Positions 30,202-40,224 of a DNA stretch of 64,000 nucleotides are shown here, in pieces (position 1 is the stretch's first letter; each line of letters begins with the position of its first letter). Under the pieces are notes generated by a model. It ran no database searches. It had not been told where the DNA came from and was given only the letters and a program-made list of their open reading frames with translations. Location of the stretch: assembly GCA_964584335.1 (NCBI GenBank), contig CAZOZN010000003.1, positions 137,688-201,687 of the forward strand. Direction: 5' to 3'. This DNA is from an uncultured archaeon. Lineage in GTDB: Archaea; Aenigmatarchaeota; Aenigmatarchaeia; PWEA01; JAGHBM01. A program made the translations under genes and the position numbers.

Positions 30202-31452
30202 ATGAATTTGAGAAATATTTATGATTATTATAACAACGACAGTATTCTAAAAAATATGATAGATAATTCAAAATACAGGGAAATATCTGCTTCAAAGAAG
30301 GACGGTTCTCATCTAAAAAGGCCCAATACACTAGTCTATCCTAGGGATGTCCTGCAGATGGTGAAAAAAGGAGCTGTTAGTTTTCATGGCTCTGTCGAAA
30401 GATGGAATAATCCAATGCAGATAGAGACTAGACTCAGTGATAAAAAACTTGATGAAATGAGAATAGGTTGGGACTTTATAATTGATATCGATTCTGCTAT
30501 AGGGCTCGAAGCTTCAAAGCTTGCTGCAAAAAGAGTGGTTGATTTTCTTAGGAAATACGGAATAAAAAAACCGGGTTTAAAGTTTTCAGGTAACAGAGGT
30601 TTTCATATAGGGGTACCTTGGAAGGCTTTTCCTAGAAAGATAGATTACGAGGAAACAAAAAAACAGTTCCCTAAAATACCTCAAATATTAGCTTCTTTCT
30701 TAAGAGATAAAATAAGGGACAGTTTAATGCAGGACCTTATAAAAATGAAGGGTTCTGTCAGAAGTCTTGTCGATGAACTAGACCGTCACCTGGAGGAATT
30801 GAATCCTTACATGTTTGTTGAAATAGAGAAAGACTGGGGCTCTCGTCATCTTTTTCGCATGCCTTATACAATAAACGAGAAGACTTTATCCGAGGGCAAG
30901 TGTCTTGTAACTATGCCTGTCAAAGATTTAGATTCTTTTAAGAGAGACGATGCATCTATAAAAAAAGTTAGCAAGGTTATTGATTTTTTTCAGAAGACTA
31001 ATGAAGGAGAAGCTACCGGTTTGGTAATAGACGCAATGGATTGGTACGGTAAGGTTAAGAAGAAAGAAGAAAACAGGTCAAAGAATAAAAAAAAGATAAA
31101 AAGAACAAGCAGAATACCTAGAGAAAGATTCCCACCATGTATAAAGAACATATTAAACGGAATTTCAGACGGCAGGAAAAGAAGCGTATTTATTCTGGCA
31201 AATTTTCTTAACAACATGGGGTGGGGTAGAGAAGAGATAGAAAAAACTATATTTGATTGGAACAAAAGAAACAATCCACCGCTCAAGGACAACTATATCA
31301 AGACCCAGTTGAAATGGTTTGAAAGGCAAAGAAGGGAAATTCTTTCCCCGAACTGTGATAACCAGCAATTTTACAAGTCTTTTGGAGTTTGTACTCCGGA
31401 CAAAAAATGCTCTAAGATTAAGAATCCTGTTGTTTATCCTTTTAAAAAGTAA
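30202..31452 (+). CDS. fused DNA primase PriS-PriL (DPANN type)
   Basis: PriS motifs WDFIIDID, FSGNRGFH, RHLFRMPY plus PriL C-terminal Fe-S domain FPPCI..GRKR..PNC..C..C..KNP. Confidence 0.9.
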   Translation: MNLRNIYDYYNNDSILKNMIDNSKYREISASKKDGSHLKRPNTLVYPRDVLQMVKKGAVSFHGSVERWNNPMQIETRLSDKKLDEMRIGWDFIIDIDSAIGLEASKLAAKRVVDFLRKYGIKKPGLKFSGNRGFHIGVPWKAFPRKIDYEETKKQFPKIPQILASFLRDKIRDSLMQDLIKMKGSVRSLVDELDRHLEELNPYMFVEIEKDWGSRHLFRMPYTINEKTLSEGKCLVTMPVKDLDSFKRDDASIKKVSKVIDFFQKTNEGEATGLVIDAMDWYGKVKKKEENRSKNKKKIKRTSRIPRERFPPCIKNILNGISDGRKRSVFILANFLNNMGWGREEIEKTIFDWNKRNNPPLKDNYIKTQLKWFERQRREILSPNCDNQQFYKSFGVCTPDKKCSKIKNPVVYPFKK

Positions 31453-31474
31453 TTATAATTAATAATTTGTTTAT

Positions 31475-31936
31475 TCAAATCCACTTTCTTACTTTTTTCT
31501 GATAATTTGTATATTTCTTACCGAAAGCTTTTTTCATGGATTCTTCTTCAACTGGTATAAAAATAATCTCCATTATAATCCCAAATATTAATGGAAATAT
31601 GAGGGTTATAAGAGAGCCAATAAATATAGACAATCCAAGAAGACATAAAAACATTCCCAAATACATCGGATGTCTGCTAAATTTAAACGAGCCTTCTAGA
31701 ACTAGCTTAGTCGGTTTTTTATGAGGTTTTACTGTAGTTTTATGCTTTTTGAATAATGTATCAGTATGTATGTTTATCCACACTCCAGCTAAAATGAGAA
31801 CAACACCCAAAGCATTGTATGGAAATTTTATTGCAACTTCTAAATTTAATGTGTAATGAAATATTATAGAAACCAGTAATATAACCCAGAAATATGTTGT
31901 TGGCATTACTTTCTCTGCTAGCTCAATTTTGTTCAT
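31475..31936 (-). CDS. isoprenylcysteine carboxyl methyltransferase (ICMT/PEMT) family membrane protein
   Basis: SRHPMYLG, EE..M...FG..Y..Y...V.KWI. Confidence 0.88.
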   Translation of the reverse strand: MNKIELAEKVMPTTYFWVILLVSIIFHYTLNLEVAIKFPYNALGVVLILAGVWINIHTDTLFKKHKTTVKPHKKPTKLVLEGSFKFSRHPMYLGMFLCLLGLSIFIGSLITLIFPLIFGIIMEIIFIPVEEESMKKAFGKKYTNYQKKVRKWI

Positions 31937-31979
31937 GTCTATTTTTTGTTCTTTTTATTTAAAAATATTTTATAAATAA

Positions 31980-32366
31980 CTAAGCAGTTCCAAAAAGTTC
32001 TGTGTAAATCTTTCCTCCCATACAATATCTTAGAAAGTCGTTTGCTTCGCTCACTTTGTCTAAATTTATATCATATCCAGACCATATTCTAATTGTTTTT
32101 TCATCGTTTTTTATTTCTCTATCAGTTAATTCAAGATTTCTCATTACATCGATGTATGTTTCGGGCCATCTTTCAATCATATCTTCATTTATTTTCATCT
32201 TACTTAGGTAGTCTTTTATATTTTTCTTTATATTTCCTATTTCTCTAAGCGATTGTTTAAAGTTACCTTTCTTGTACTCAGGAACTTTATTCATTTTTTC
32301 TACAATATCTCCGCATGCTTTGTCTAATGGCAAGCAAGTTTCTTCATAAATTCTGTTGAAATTCAT
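31980..32366 (-). CDS. hypothetical protein (ORFan)
   Basis: Open frame; start moved to MNFNR to avoid overlap. Confidence 0.5.
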   Translation of the reverse strand: MNFNRIYEETCLPLDKACGDIVEKMNKVPEYKKGNFKQSLREIGNIKKNIKDYLSKMKINEDMIERWPETYIDVMRNLELTDREIKNDEKTIRIWSGYDINLDKVSEANDFLRYCMGGKIYTELFGTA

Positions 32367-32451
32367 AATATCAAGGTTACTTTTTAAAATATTTAAGTCA
32401 TTAAAATAGCAAAGCTTAAGTAATTTGGTTTTTATTTTATTTTGTGATTTT

Positions 32452-33105
32452 ATGGGCATTATTAATTATGCAAAAAATGTTTTGAAATACCTTGAAAACA
32501 CGAGAGAGACTGGCAGAATAGTCAAGAAAAACAAGGATTTTCTAAATTTTTATGAAGCCCAAGGATGTGTTACAGTACCTTTGGTTCCAAGAGAGCAGCT
32601 AAATGAAATGGAAATAATTCGTGACAAAGATGTTGAATATGATAGGGAATTTGAAGTAAAGGAACCGCTCCTTATATATGTCGATGCTTTGAGTGATGAG
32701 CAGAAAAGGCAGATGCCTCCATTTTCCCTTAAAACAAAGATAGATGGTCCTGTTGGTCTAAATCCAAAATATTATAATATTAGAAATGAACTGGCATATG
32801 ATTCTATGAACCTTTATATGAATAAGGCGAAAGAGCTTGGTTTGAGTGGAAGAGGAAAATGGCTTGAGGTAGATTATCATACCGAGGATTTTGATATGCT
32901 TGATGAAAGCTTCTTTGATGAATTGTTCCAAAGGACTAAAATGACAAAACAAGATATATCAAATTCTTCGAGACAATTCAACTGTGGATGGCCTCTTTCT
33001 TACGTTCATAAAATTGATAGCAGACCTGAATGTACCAGAGAACTCGAGAATTCCGTTAATTCCATAAAAGAAATAATATGGGGTCGTGGTTTTTTTGATT
33101 TATGA
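32452..33105 (+). CDS. hypothetical protein (ORFan)
   Basis: 217-aa ORF divergent from the previous gene. Confidence 0.6.
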   Translation: MGIINYAKNVLKYLENTRETGRIVKKNKDFLNFYEAQGCVTVPLVPREQLNEMEIIRDKDVEYDREFEVKEPLLIYVDALSDEQKRQMPPFSLKTKIDGPVGLNPKYYNIRNELAYDSMNLYMNKAKELGLSGRGKWLEVDYHTEDFDMLDESFFDELFQRTKMTKQDISNSSRQFNCGWPLSYVHKIDSRPECTRELENSVNSIKEIIWGRGFFDL

Positions 33106-33648
33106 CTTGTTTTTTGATTTTTCTTTATTCAGATAATCATCAGATTTGACTATTTTCTTTCCAGATAAGTCTTTTACGGGCTGGGCATGTGATACATAAT
33201 TTAATCCTTTTAAAGTATGTTTTAATTTTGGTAATTCTTTTCTGAATATTATCCCGTGATAGAATTTTCTTGGCTTGTCTTTGTGTGAATATGCTCTTTG
33301 AGTTCTTGTGAAGACAAAACCATTCTTTCTAAGCCTTCTCCACAGTTCTTTTGATTGTTTTTTTGGTATTTTTATTGTAACTGAAACCTCACCTATTGCC
33401 ATTTTTTCTTCTATCCACGAACCCATATTATAACCGATAACATAACCGATTGCCATCACGGCTACAATTGGGATAGTTAGTTTGTTTGTTATAAGGTCTC
33501 TGAAAACTAGAAGAAAAATTACAGTATCTACTGCTATTAATGTGGTTGCTATTTTTCTATGACCGGCTATTTCATTTATTTTTCTTAGTGTTTTGATTGT
33601 GTTTATCCCCATACAAGCTAAGAATACAAAAACAAGTCTTTCTATCAT
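33100..33648 (-). CDS. DUF5698/UPF0316-like membrane protein
   Basis: Three TM segments, TLR, G...G.WIEEKMAIG, C-terminal ferredoxin-like domain. Confidence 0.7.
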   Translation of the reverse strand: MIERLVFVFLACMGINTIKTLRKINEIAGHRKIATTLIAVDTVIFLLVFRDLITNKLTIPIVAVMAIGYVIGYNMGSWIEEKMAIGEVSVTIKIPKKQSKELWRRLRKNGFVFTRTQRAYSHKDKPRKFYHGIIFRKELPKLKHTLKGLNYVSHAQPVKDLSGKKIVKSDDYLNKEKSKNKS

Positions 33649-33682
33649 AAGTTTTATTTTCTGTAGCGCGAGATATGTAAAG

Positions 33683-34015
33683 TTAACGGTTTTTCTTTGT
33701 GGCTACATAATCTATTATGATTCCGTAGACAATGCCTGCAAAAAAACTCGGAATATCCCTGAAGCCGGTAGAAATGCTATGAGCAAGTGTTACTAAAAGG
33801 CCCAACAAAATACCTCTTAGATATGGGTTTTTATTTGATTTTAATATTCTCAATTTTCCTGAAAGACCTATTACAAAACCCATTAGTAATCTGTTGTACC
33901 ACATCGAGAAAAGGAAAAGATAGTTTCCCGAGAATCCGACTCTCGCGCCCACTCCTATTATACATATTACTCCGAGCAAGGCCCCGGTTATTGTTGATAT
34001 TAAAATTCTCTTCAT
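33683..34015 (-). CDS. hypothetical 4-TM membrane protein
   Basis: GALLGVICIIG, YNRLLMGFVIG, AGIVYG motifs. Confidence 0.7.
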   Translation of the reverse strand: MKRILISTITGALLGVICIIGVGARVGFSGNYLFLFSMWYNRLLMGFVIGLSGKLRILKSNKNPYLRGILLGLLVTLAHSISTGFRDIPSFFAGIVYGIIIDYVATKKNR

Positions 34016-34112
34016 TATTATTTTTTTATTTTTTGTTAATTTATAATTTTGATGACCGAAAACAATTTAAAAGTCTAAGATGAATTTACTTATCTCTATT
34101 AAGCGTGTTAAT

Positions 34113-34424
34113 ATGAAAGACGGATGCATGATTATTTGGGAAGGAAAGGATGACAAGTATCACTGCAATTTTTGTGAATTGCAGGAGCAAGTACCAAGCC
34201 TTTACCAAAAAATGGCGGATGGTTTTTCTGGTTTAGGGAACAAGTTAGAGGGAGGTTGTTCTCATATACCAGCAGGAAAGGTTCAAGATGCTGTAAAAGA
34301 GGGAGAAATTGCTGTAAAGAAGAAGAATAAAGGCTATGATGTTGATTTTAAGAGAGAGCTTTCCGACTACGGATTCAAAAAACCAGAAGAAGATTATGAG
34401 TTGTTTGATTTTCCTGGCAGGTAA
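34113..34424 (+). CDS. hypothetical protein with possible Zn-binding Cys/His
   Basis: C, CxxC and CSH residues. Confidence 0.55.
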   Translation: MKDGCMIIWEGKDDKYHCNFCELQEQVPSLYQKMADGFSGLGNKLEGGCSHIPAGKVQDAVKEGEIAVKKKNKGYDVDFKRELSDYGFKKPEEDYELFDFPGR

Positions 34425-34466
34425 TTTATTTTTTTATAATGAATAATTAGGATTAAACAATTAAAC

Positions 34467-34534
34467 AAAAGAAAATGATGGAAAGAATACCAACCGAAGT
34501 TGATATCCCCCACCTGAACAACCGAAGTCATTCA
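34467..34534 (-). ncRNA. putative small ncRNA with two UUCG hairpins
   Basis: GAATGAC-TTCG-GTTGTTC and GGTGG..GGATATCAAC-TTCG-GTTGGTATTC..CCATC, followed by a U-rich tract; CTTAAATA box ~23 nt upstream. Confidence 0.6.
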
Positions 34535-34624
34535 AACTATACTTGGTACATTAACTATTTAAGCTTGACTTGCAGGAAGGTTTTTATAGATTAATATCGA
34601 TATCTTTTACTGATTGATTTTTTT

Positions 34625-34954
34625 ATGCTGGCTAAAAATTTAATAAAAGATAAGATGATAGATGAAGGAATCACAGTTGAGAAAGAGTTTCTGAAGCCTT
34701 TGGATATATGGAAACTTATGAGTGATTACTCTTATTTTCACCAGTCAACTCTTTACAAATCTATAAGAAGCCTTACAGAAGAGGAAGAGATGAGATGTGG
34801 TGCTTTGTATCCTCCCGAAGGAAGAATGTCTTGCTACTACGCGGCCGTTGACGATTATGACGTAGATATAGAACCGGAAGAGCCACTATGGCTTAAGAAA
34901 AAAGGAGGCAGGGTTGTGGTTGAGGAAAGGTATAAAATTAAGAAAATTGCTTAG
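34625..34954 (+). CDS. hypothetical protein (ORFan)
   Basis: 109-aa ORF with TTTATA upstream. Confidence 0.55.
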   Translation: MLAKNLIKDKMIDEGITVEKEFLKPLDIWKLMSDYSYFHQSTLYKSIRSLTEEEEMRCGALYPPEGRMSCYYAAVDDYDVDIEPEEPLWLKKKGGRVVVEERYKIKKIA

Positions 34955-35006
34955 TTACTATAATTTTGCTGTCAAATTTTAATAAGGGTTAATAATATAG
35001 TATTTT

Positions 35007-35936
35007 ATGAAGGTAAGAACACCGGGCTTTCTTCAAATTATACGAGCACCTTTTTTATTTGCTATTCTTGTGCCACTTTTTATAGGAACAATAACATCGA
35101 TTTCAATAACCGGTAAATTTAATTTTATCGGTTTTCTGTTTGCTTGTTTCATAGGTTTAAGCCTTCATATATCAACAAACGTATACAATGATATACACGA
35201 TACTAGGAACAGGGCCGACAACTTAGAATCCAAAAAAAGTGCTTTCAGCGGAGGCTCAGGGATACTTGTTGATTTTCCATACTTAGAGAAAAAAATGCTT
35301 ATTATAGCAAGGCTTGGAATAGTTTTTGGTTTTATTGGTTCTTTTTTTATGTTATTTTTAGTTGAAACTTTTTTATGGCCTTATGTGATTTTTGTATATC
35401 TGATGTCTGCTTTTCTCAGCAAGTACTATACTGCTGAACCTTTCAAATTCTCTTACCGTGGTTTGGGGGAGATTGTTGTAATTTTTGGTTTCGGTAATCT
35501 TGCAATATTGCTTTCATCACTTGGACAGAATTTGGGACCTCATCCTATAATTATGGCACTTATGCCTTTGACAGGTTTAATGACATTATTTCTTGTTTGG
35601 ATGGGTCAGATAGTTGACTTGCCTACAGACATTAAGGCGGGGAAGATGGGTCTTGTATCTAGGATTGGTAAAGTGAAATCTTATTACGTGCTTGTTTTTA
35701 TACACCTGTTTTCTGTTTTTTATGCAATAGTATTCGGTTACTTTTTTGTTGAGCCTTATTGGCCAATTTTTTTGTCTTTTGTGCCTTATCTAATATATTT
35801 TCCTAGAATTTTTAAAAAAATAGTAAAAAATCCCTCCAGAAAAAATATAATTAAGATTTCAGTTGATAATTTTATGCTTTATTTTTCTTTTTCTATTTTT
35901 CTTATTTTAGGTTTTTTCCTTTCACTTTTTATTTAA
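35007..35936 (+). CDS. UbiA-family prenyltransferase, MenA-like
   Basis: RAPF, NVYNDIHD..AD, FSGGSG, YT.EPF...YRGLGE, DLPTD..AGK. Confidence 0.85.
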   Translation: MKVRTPGFLQIIRAPFLFAILVPLFIGTITSISITGKFNFIGFLFACFIGLSLHISTNVYNDIHDTRNRADNLESKKSAFSGGSGILVDFPYLEKKMLIIARLGIVFGFIGSFFMLFLVETFLWPYVIFVYLMSAFLSKYYTAEPFKFSYRGLGEIVVIFGFGNLAILLSSLGQNLGPHPIIMALMPLTGLMTLFLVWMGQIVDLPTDIKAGKMGLVSRIGKVKSYYVLVFIHLFSVFYAIVFGYFFVEPYWPIFLSFVPYLIYFPRIFKKIVKNPSRKNIIKISVDNFMLYFSFSIFLILGFFLSLFI

Positions 35937-36965
35937 CTAAAGCCTAAACAAAGCCACCTTTTCTATTATTTTTTTTATAATTGCTGGGAAGAAACCTTTA
36001 ATTGTTATATTATTCCATACCAAAATTCCTTTTTTGTCACCCAAGCTTATTACAATAGGCGCAGAGCTTTTTTTGTACTTTATTAAGTTTTTGTTTTCTG
36101 ATATTCTTCTTATATTTTTTGATATTAGTTTACCGTGAACAAACGCATTATGTGCATTTTTCTCTTCTTTTATTCCAGTTACATCTCCACCAGCAAATAT
36201 ATTTTCATGCCCTTTAAGCTGCATATAAACATTAACTAATATTCTGTTTCTTTTATCCGTAGCTTCTTTCAAGTCTTTAAGGATTTTATTTTTCCATTTG
36301 AGACCAGTCGACCATATGCAAATATCCGCTTCTATTTTCCTTCCTTTGTCTGTTTTAAAATAATTATTTTCATGCCATTTTACCTTTTCGTTGTAGATTA
36401 TATTACAGCCGTTTTTTTTCATAAATGATTCTGCATAAAATGAAGCGTTTTTTGTGTTCCTTTCTATAAGTCTTTTATTGCTGTGAACTATTGTGACTTC
36501 TTTATTGCTTTTAGTTAAAATTTCCCCAGCCACTTCTGTTCCTATAAGGCCACCGCCCACTATTAGTATTCTTTTGGATTTTCTCAGATTCTTTTCTATC
36601 TTTATGGCATTTTCAGAAGAGTTTAGTTTATATACGTTTTTTTTGTTTTCTAAGAAAACAGGGTACTCTGCTCCTTTTGAGACTACAAGAAAATCAAATA
36701 AAATTTCTCCTTTTTCTGTTATTATTTTTTCAGGAGTTACTTTTTCTATTTTTTCTGTTTTTATTTCACAGTTATAGAGAAATTTTTTGTATGGTACTCT
36801 TATTTTTTCAATCTTTTTTTGTTCGAATAGTATTTTATGTATCCCGGGATTAAAATCAAAATATTTTTTTTTATCTATCAGTGTAATATCAAATTTTTTG
36901 TATTTTTGAAGTCTTCTTGCGACTTCTATTCCGCAAAATCCTCCTCCTAAAATTACTATTTTCAT
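35937..36965 (-). CDS. FAD/NAD(P)-dependent oxidoreductase (NDH-2 / AIFM2-FSP1-like)
   Basis: GGGFCG, IVGGGLIGTEVAGE, NIFAGGD, VISLG. Confidence 0.8.
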   Translation of the reverse strand: MKIVILGGGFCGIEVARRLQKYKKFDITLIDKKKYFDFNPGIHKILFEQKKIEKIRVPYKKFLYNCEIKTEKIEKVTPEKIITEKGEILFDFLVVSKGAEYPVFLENKKNVYKLNSSENAIKIEKNLRKSKRILIVGGGLIGTEVAGEILTKSNKEVTIVHSNKRLIERNTKNASFYAESFMKKNGCNIIYNEKVKWHENNYFKTDKGRKIEADICIWSTGLKWKNKILKDLKEATDKRNRILVNVYMQLKGHENIFAGGDVTGIKEEKNAHNAFVHGKLISKNIRRISENKNLIKYKKSSAPIVISLGDKKGILVWNNITIKGFFPAIIKKIIEKVALFRL

Positions 36966-37017
36966 TTTAACACTATAGATTCTGTTTTTTTGATTTTTTA
37001 TAATTTAAATTCTTTTT

Positions 37018-37317
37018 GTGCAATATTATAAACAGGTGAGACAATTGACACCAATACCATTAGATGAGGCAAGAAGAAGGTCGGGAAGAGACATCCTTCT
37101 GGACTTAAGAATAGACAAGGAGAAGAGATACACAGATGCAGTTTTGTGGAATAATATGGAACACGACAAGGCCTACACAGAGGATGAAGTAAAACAAATA
37201 ATAAATGAAAAATCAGAAGTATGGCCTTACCATCCCAGAGAACTCAACCTTCAGCAAATACGTGTTTTTGACAAGAAAACAAAAGAACACGTAATTTACT
37301 ACGCTTTAAAACACTAA
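37018..37317 (+). CDS. hypothetical protein (ORFan)
   Basis: 99-aa ORF, GTG start. Confidence 0.45.
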   Translation: MQYYKQVRQLTPIPLDEARRRSGRDILLDLRIDKEKRYTDAVLWNNMEHDKAYTEDEVKQIINEKSEVWPYHPRELNLQQIRVFDKKTKEHVIYYALKH

Positions 37318-37324
37318 AGAATTA

Positions 37325-37825
37325 TTAAATTTTCCTGCTGTCGTATGCCCAGTGAAGCAGTGCCTGTCTTTGTTTTCTTCTGCATTTCAGGTCATTTTTC
37401 TTGCAATTTTTCTTTATCTGGGCAACATGCCTTTTCATGGCCTTCCATCTCTTTATCTGTCTATTATCATCATGGCAACGCCTTCCCATGTAGTACCTGC
37501 AGTACCACTGAAACCACCCCCTCGGGTCCTCGTGATAAATCCATCCCTTTTTAATCCAGTAGGATAGTGGTTTTGATGCATTAACACCAAATAAGTTTAG
37601 TTTGGGGTCGTGTTTTTCATGGCAAAGCTTTGCTTTCTTGAACCAAGTATCAGGAAACTCGCCTATGCAATCGGTCATGTACTTGCCGCCAAAAACACCA
37701 AGCTCAAGCATTTCCTTGGGAGTGAGTTCGGGCTTGAAACCCGCATGGAAGTTCTTCCCGACAGGTTCCTCCAAATAATAAGTATAATTACTTTGCATCA
37801 AATCATTCACTAAAACTTTTTTCAT
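37325..37825 (-). CDS. conserved hypothetical protein (Trp/Arg-rich)
   Basis: F.PELTP.EML.LGVFGG.Y, DPRGWFQWYCRY..GRR, RQALLHWAYD: family-like motifs, function unknown. Confidence 0.75.
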   Translation of the reverse strand: MKKVLVNDLMQSNYTYYLEEPVGKNFHAGFKPELTPKEMLELGVFGGKYMTDCIGEFPDTWFKKAKLCHEKHDPKLNLFGVNASKPLSYWIKKGWIYHEDPRGWFQWYCRYYMGRRCHDDNRQIKRWKAMKRHVAQIKKNCKKNDLKCRRKQRQALLHWAYDSRKI

Positions 37826-37829
37826 AGAA

Positions 37830-38726
37830 TCACTTTGACTTATAGTAGTCTCTGTTTCTGTCATCTTCTACCTCTGCAATAAGCTCTTCAGGATATGGTG
37901 AAAATATTGACTGTCCGGCAATTTTGGGATTGGATTTATCCGCCTCAAATCGAAGGATATCAAGAACACAAGAAAAACTGGTCTTGTTGTTTGAATATTT
38001 TTTTATGAGTCCATCAAATTTATTTTTTTCTCCGAGTTCTTTTACAATTTCCTTTAAAATTTCTGCTTTTTGTCCGGTTTCGGGTGGTCTTTGGAGAGAT
38101 TTTCTTAGTTCTTCCTCTTTTGATCTATCATTTCCGTAAAGCTTAAGAAGAAGTCTGTTATTTTCAAAGAAATCTTCCAATCTTCCTTTATTCTTCTGAT
38201 TTCTAAAATCGGCCATGATAAAAAGAGATGTAAGAAAATGATGTCTTATTTTTTTGTTTTTAAGTCTTTTCTCGTCTTCCATTGGGTGAAGAGGGAATTT
38301 TTCAATCACATACCTAGAAAAAAAACCACACGTTTTATCCACAACAGGTGATTTTTCTGTTTCCTTGTAGACTTTTATATTACTGAGACCGACACTAGGA
38401 GAATCTGATTTAAAAATTACCCCGTCTATTTCAACTATTCCGGATAAAAATCTTTTGCTGAAAATTTTCATTTTTTCTGTCAGATCTTCCTCTGTCTTTG
38501 GCTGTATTAATCTCTCTTCATCATCAACTTTGACAATTCTTATTGGAGGCCTTGGTACACCAAGACCTATAGAAAACTCCGGACAGACTTTTACATATTC
38601 GACAAATGGTTCCAGCTCCCTAACAATCTTACATGGTATTACTTGTCCATCAAACCTTACTTTTTCAAATTCTAGACACGAACTTACTAAAACTATTGGC
38701 TTTGAATATTTTCTCATAGTATTCAT
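37830..38726 (-). CDS. DUF523 (2-thiouracil desulfurase TudS-like) + DUF1722 protein
   Basis: VSSCL..VRFDG, VCPE..GLGVPR.PIR, KS.SPS.G, P.EDE.RL, Q....PYP. Confidence 0.82.
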   Translation of the reverse strand: MNTMRKYSKPIVLVSSCLEFEKVRFDGQVIPCKIVRELEPFVEYVKVCPEFSIGLGVPRPPIRIVKVDDEERLIQPKTEEDLTEKMKIFSKRFLSGIVEIDGVIFKSDSPSVGLSNIKVYKETEKSPVVDKTCGFFSRYVIEKFPLHPMEDEKRLKNKKIRHHFLTSLFIMADFRNQKNKGRLEDFFENNRLLLKLYGNDRSKEEELRKSLQRPPETGQKAEILKEIVKELGEKNKFDGLIKKYSNNKTSFSCVLDILRFEADKSNPKIAGQSIFSPYPEELIAEVEDDRNRDYYKSK

Positions 38727-38737
38727 CTTTTTTAATC

Positions 38738-39730
38738 TTAAAAAATATCTTTATATTTCCCGTAACCTTCTTTTTCCAAGTTATCCCTTGGAATGAACCT
38801 TAATGCCGCCGAGTTTATGCAGTATCTTTTACCTGTGGGTTCCGGACCATCCATGAATAGATGGCCCAAATGAGAATCTGCTTTCTTGCTCCTTACCTCT
38901 GTCCTTCCGTCAAGTTCCTTTCTTGTTACTATGTTTCCCGGTTCCAGAGCTTTGTAAAAGCTGGGCCAGCCCGTTCCCGAGTCGTACTTGTGCATGGAAC
39001 TGAATAGAACCTCTCCAGAAACAACATCAACATAAATTCCCTCTTCCTTGTTGTCCCAGTATTCGTTGTTGAATGCCATTTCCGTGGCCCCACTTTGGGT
39101 AACCCTGTACTGTAGGTCTGTTAGGTTTCCTTTTGTTGAGCAGGAATAGCACTTTTTTAATCCGCCGGTAAAATAATTCTGGTGATATTTTTCTGCTGGA
39201 TAAAATTCCTTTGCAGGTAATAATTCAGTGACTATGGGTTTATTGTACAGGCCAGATTCTTCGATTTCTTTTTTTGACTTCTCTGCCTTTTCCTTTTGTT
39301 CTTGGTCATGATAAAATATTGCGGTTTTGTATTGAGAACCCCTGTTTACAGATTGTCCTCCCGAATCGGTCGGGTTTATTTTATTCCAGAAAACTTCAAG
39401 CATTTTTTCATAGCTTGTTTTATTTTTATCGTAATAAACTCTTACAGATTCATAGTGGCCGGTATTTCCTGTTGAAACTTGTTCGTAGCTGGGGTCTTCT
39501 GTATTGCCTCCCGTGTAACCACTTATCGCTTCTACAACACCTTCAGTTTCCTCAAAGGCCTTTTCAACCCCCCAGAAACAACCTCCAGCAAAAGTAGCTT
39601 TCTCATATCCTGATTCTTCAAATCTCTCAAAATCTTCAGTTGCTTTTTCTTTGTTTTTGTTCAGCCTTGGTAATAATACAAGAAAAGATAAAATCAATAG
39701 AATTATAATTAAAAAGTACCCGAACCTCAT
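38738..39730 (-). CDS. msrAB: membrane-anchored bifunctional methionine sulfoxide reductase MsrA/MsrB
   Basis: AGGCFWG and AE.YHQ.Y (MsrA); [20 protein letters not shown] (MsrB); N-terminal TM. Confidence 0.93.
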   Translation of the reverse strand: MRFGYFLIIILLILSFLVLLPRLNKNKEKATEDFERFEESGYEKATFAGGCFWGVEKAFEETEGVVEAISGYTGGNTEDPSYEQVSTGNTGHYESVRVYYDKNKTSYEKMLEVFWNKINPTDSGGQSVNRGSQYKTAIFYHDQEQKEKAEKSKKEIEESGLYNKPIVTELLPAKEFYPAEKYHQNYFTGGLKKCYSCSTKGNLTDLQYRVTQSGATEMAFNNEYWDNKEEGIYVDVVSGEVLFSSMHKYDSGTGWPSFYKALEPGNIVTRKELDGRTEVRSKKADSHLGHLFMDGPEPTGKRYCINSAALRFIPRDNLEKEGYGKYKDIF

Positions 39731-39766
39731 GAGTAACTAATTGTTTTTTATTTGATTTATATTTGA

Positions 39767-40165
39767 TTAATTTATAATTGGGTTAATCACTTCATCTAGA
39801 TAGTTCCTTATATCAGGTATTTCTGTTTTTCTATCGCTCCAATCAACTATTGTATCTTTTTCTCCTTTTAGATAGTTCCTTCCGTTTTTTGAATACGAAG
39901 CAATTTCTTGCATACCCGCACACTTACCTACTTCACATTCTGGGTTTAATTTGCATCCAGACTCGTATATCGCTTTTGTATCTATTATGTAAGAACCATT
40001 CTTGTTGTTTATCTTTATTCTTGACCAGAAGTCTTCACTTTTCGTATCTATTTTTACTGAACCCAATATAGTCCATGGTTTTTTTAATTTTATTTCTGCT
40101 TCATAATCTTTTTTGATTTCATCTATTTGTCTCGAAATTATGTAAATTTCATTGTCTGTTAACAT
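39767..40165 (-). CDS. hypothetical protein (ORFan)
   Basis: 132-aa ORF. Confidence 0.55.
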   Translation of the reverse strand: MLTDNEIYIISRQIDEIKKDYEAEIKLKKPWTILGSVKIDTKSEDFWSRIKINNKNGSYIIDTKAIYESGCKLNPECEVGKCAGMQEIASYSKNGRNYLKGEKDTIVDWSDRKTEIPDIRNYLDEVINPIIN

Positions 40166-40224
40166 AGAATCAAGTATAAAAATTAATATTTATATTCTTT
40201 AATCTTCGTCATATATCGTTAAAA

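Noticed and set aside
34474-34517. Plus-strand C/D-box reading (ATGATGG...CCGA...TGA...CTGA)
   Set aside because: Boxes are degenerate; the minus strand gives long G-U-containing stems, UUCG loops, a promoter and a terminator
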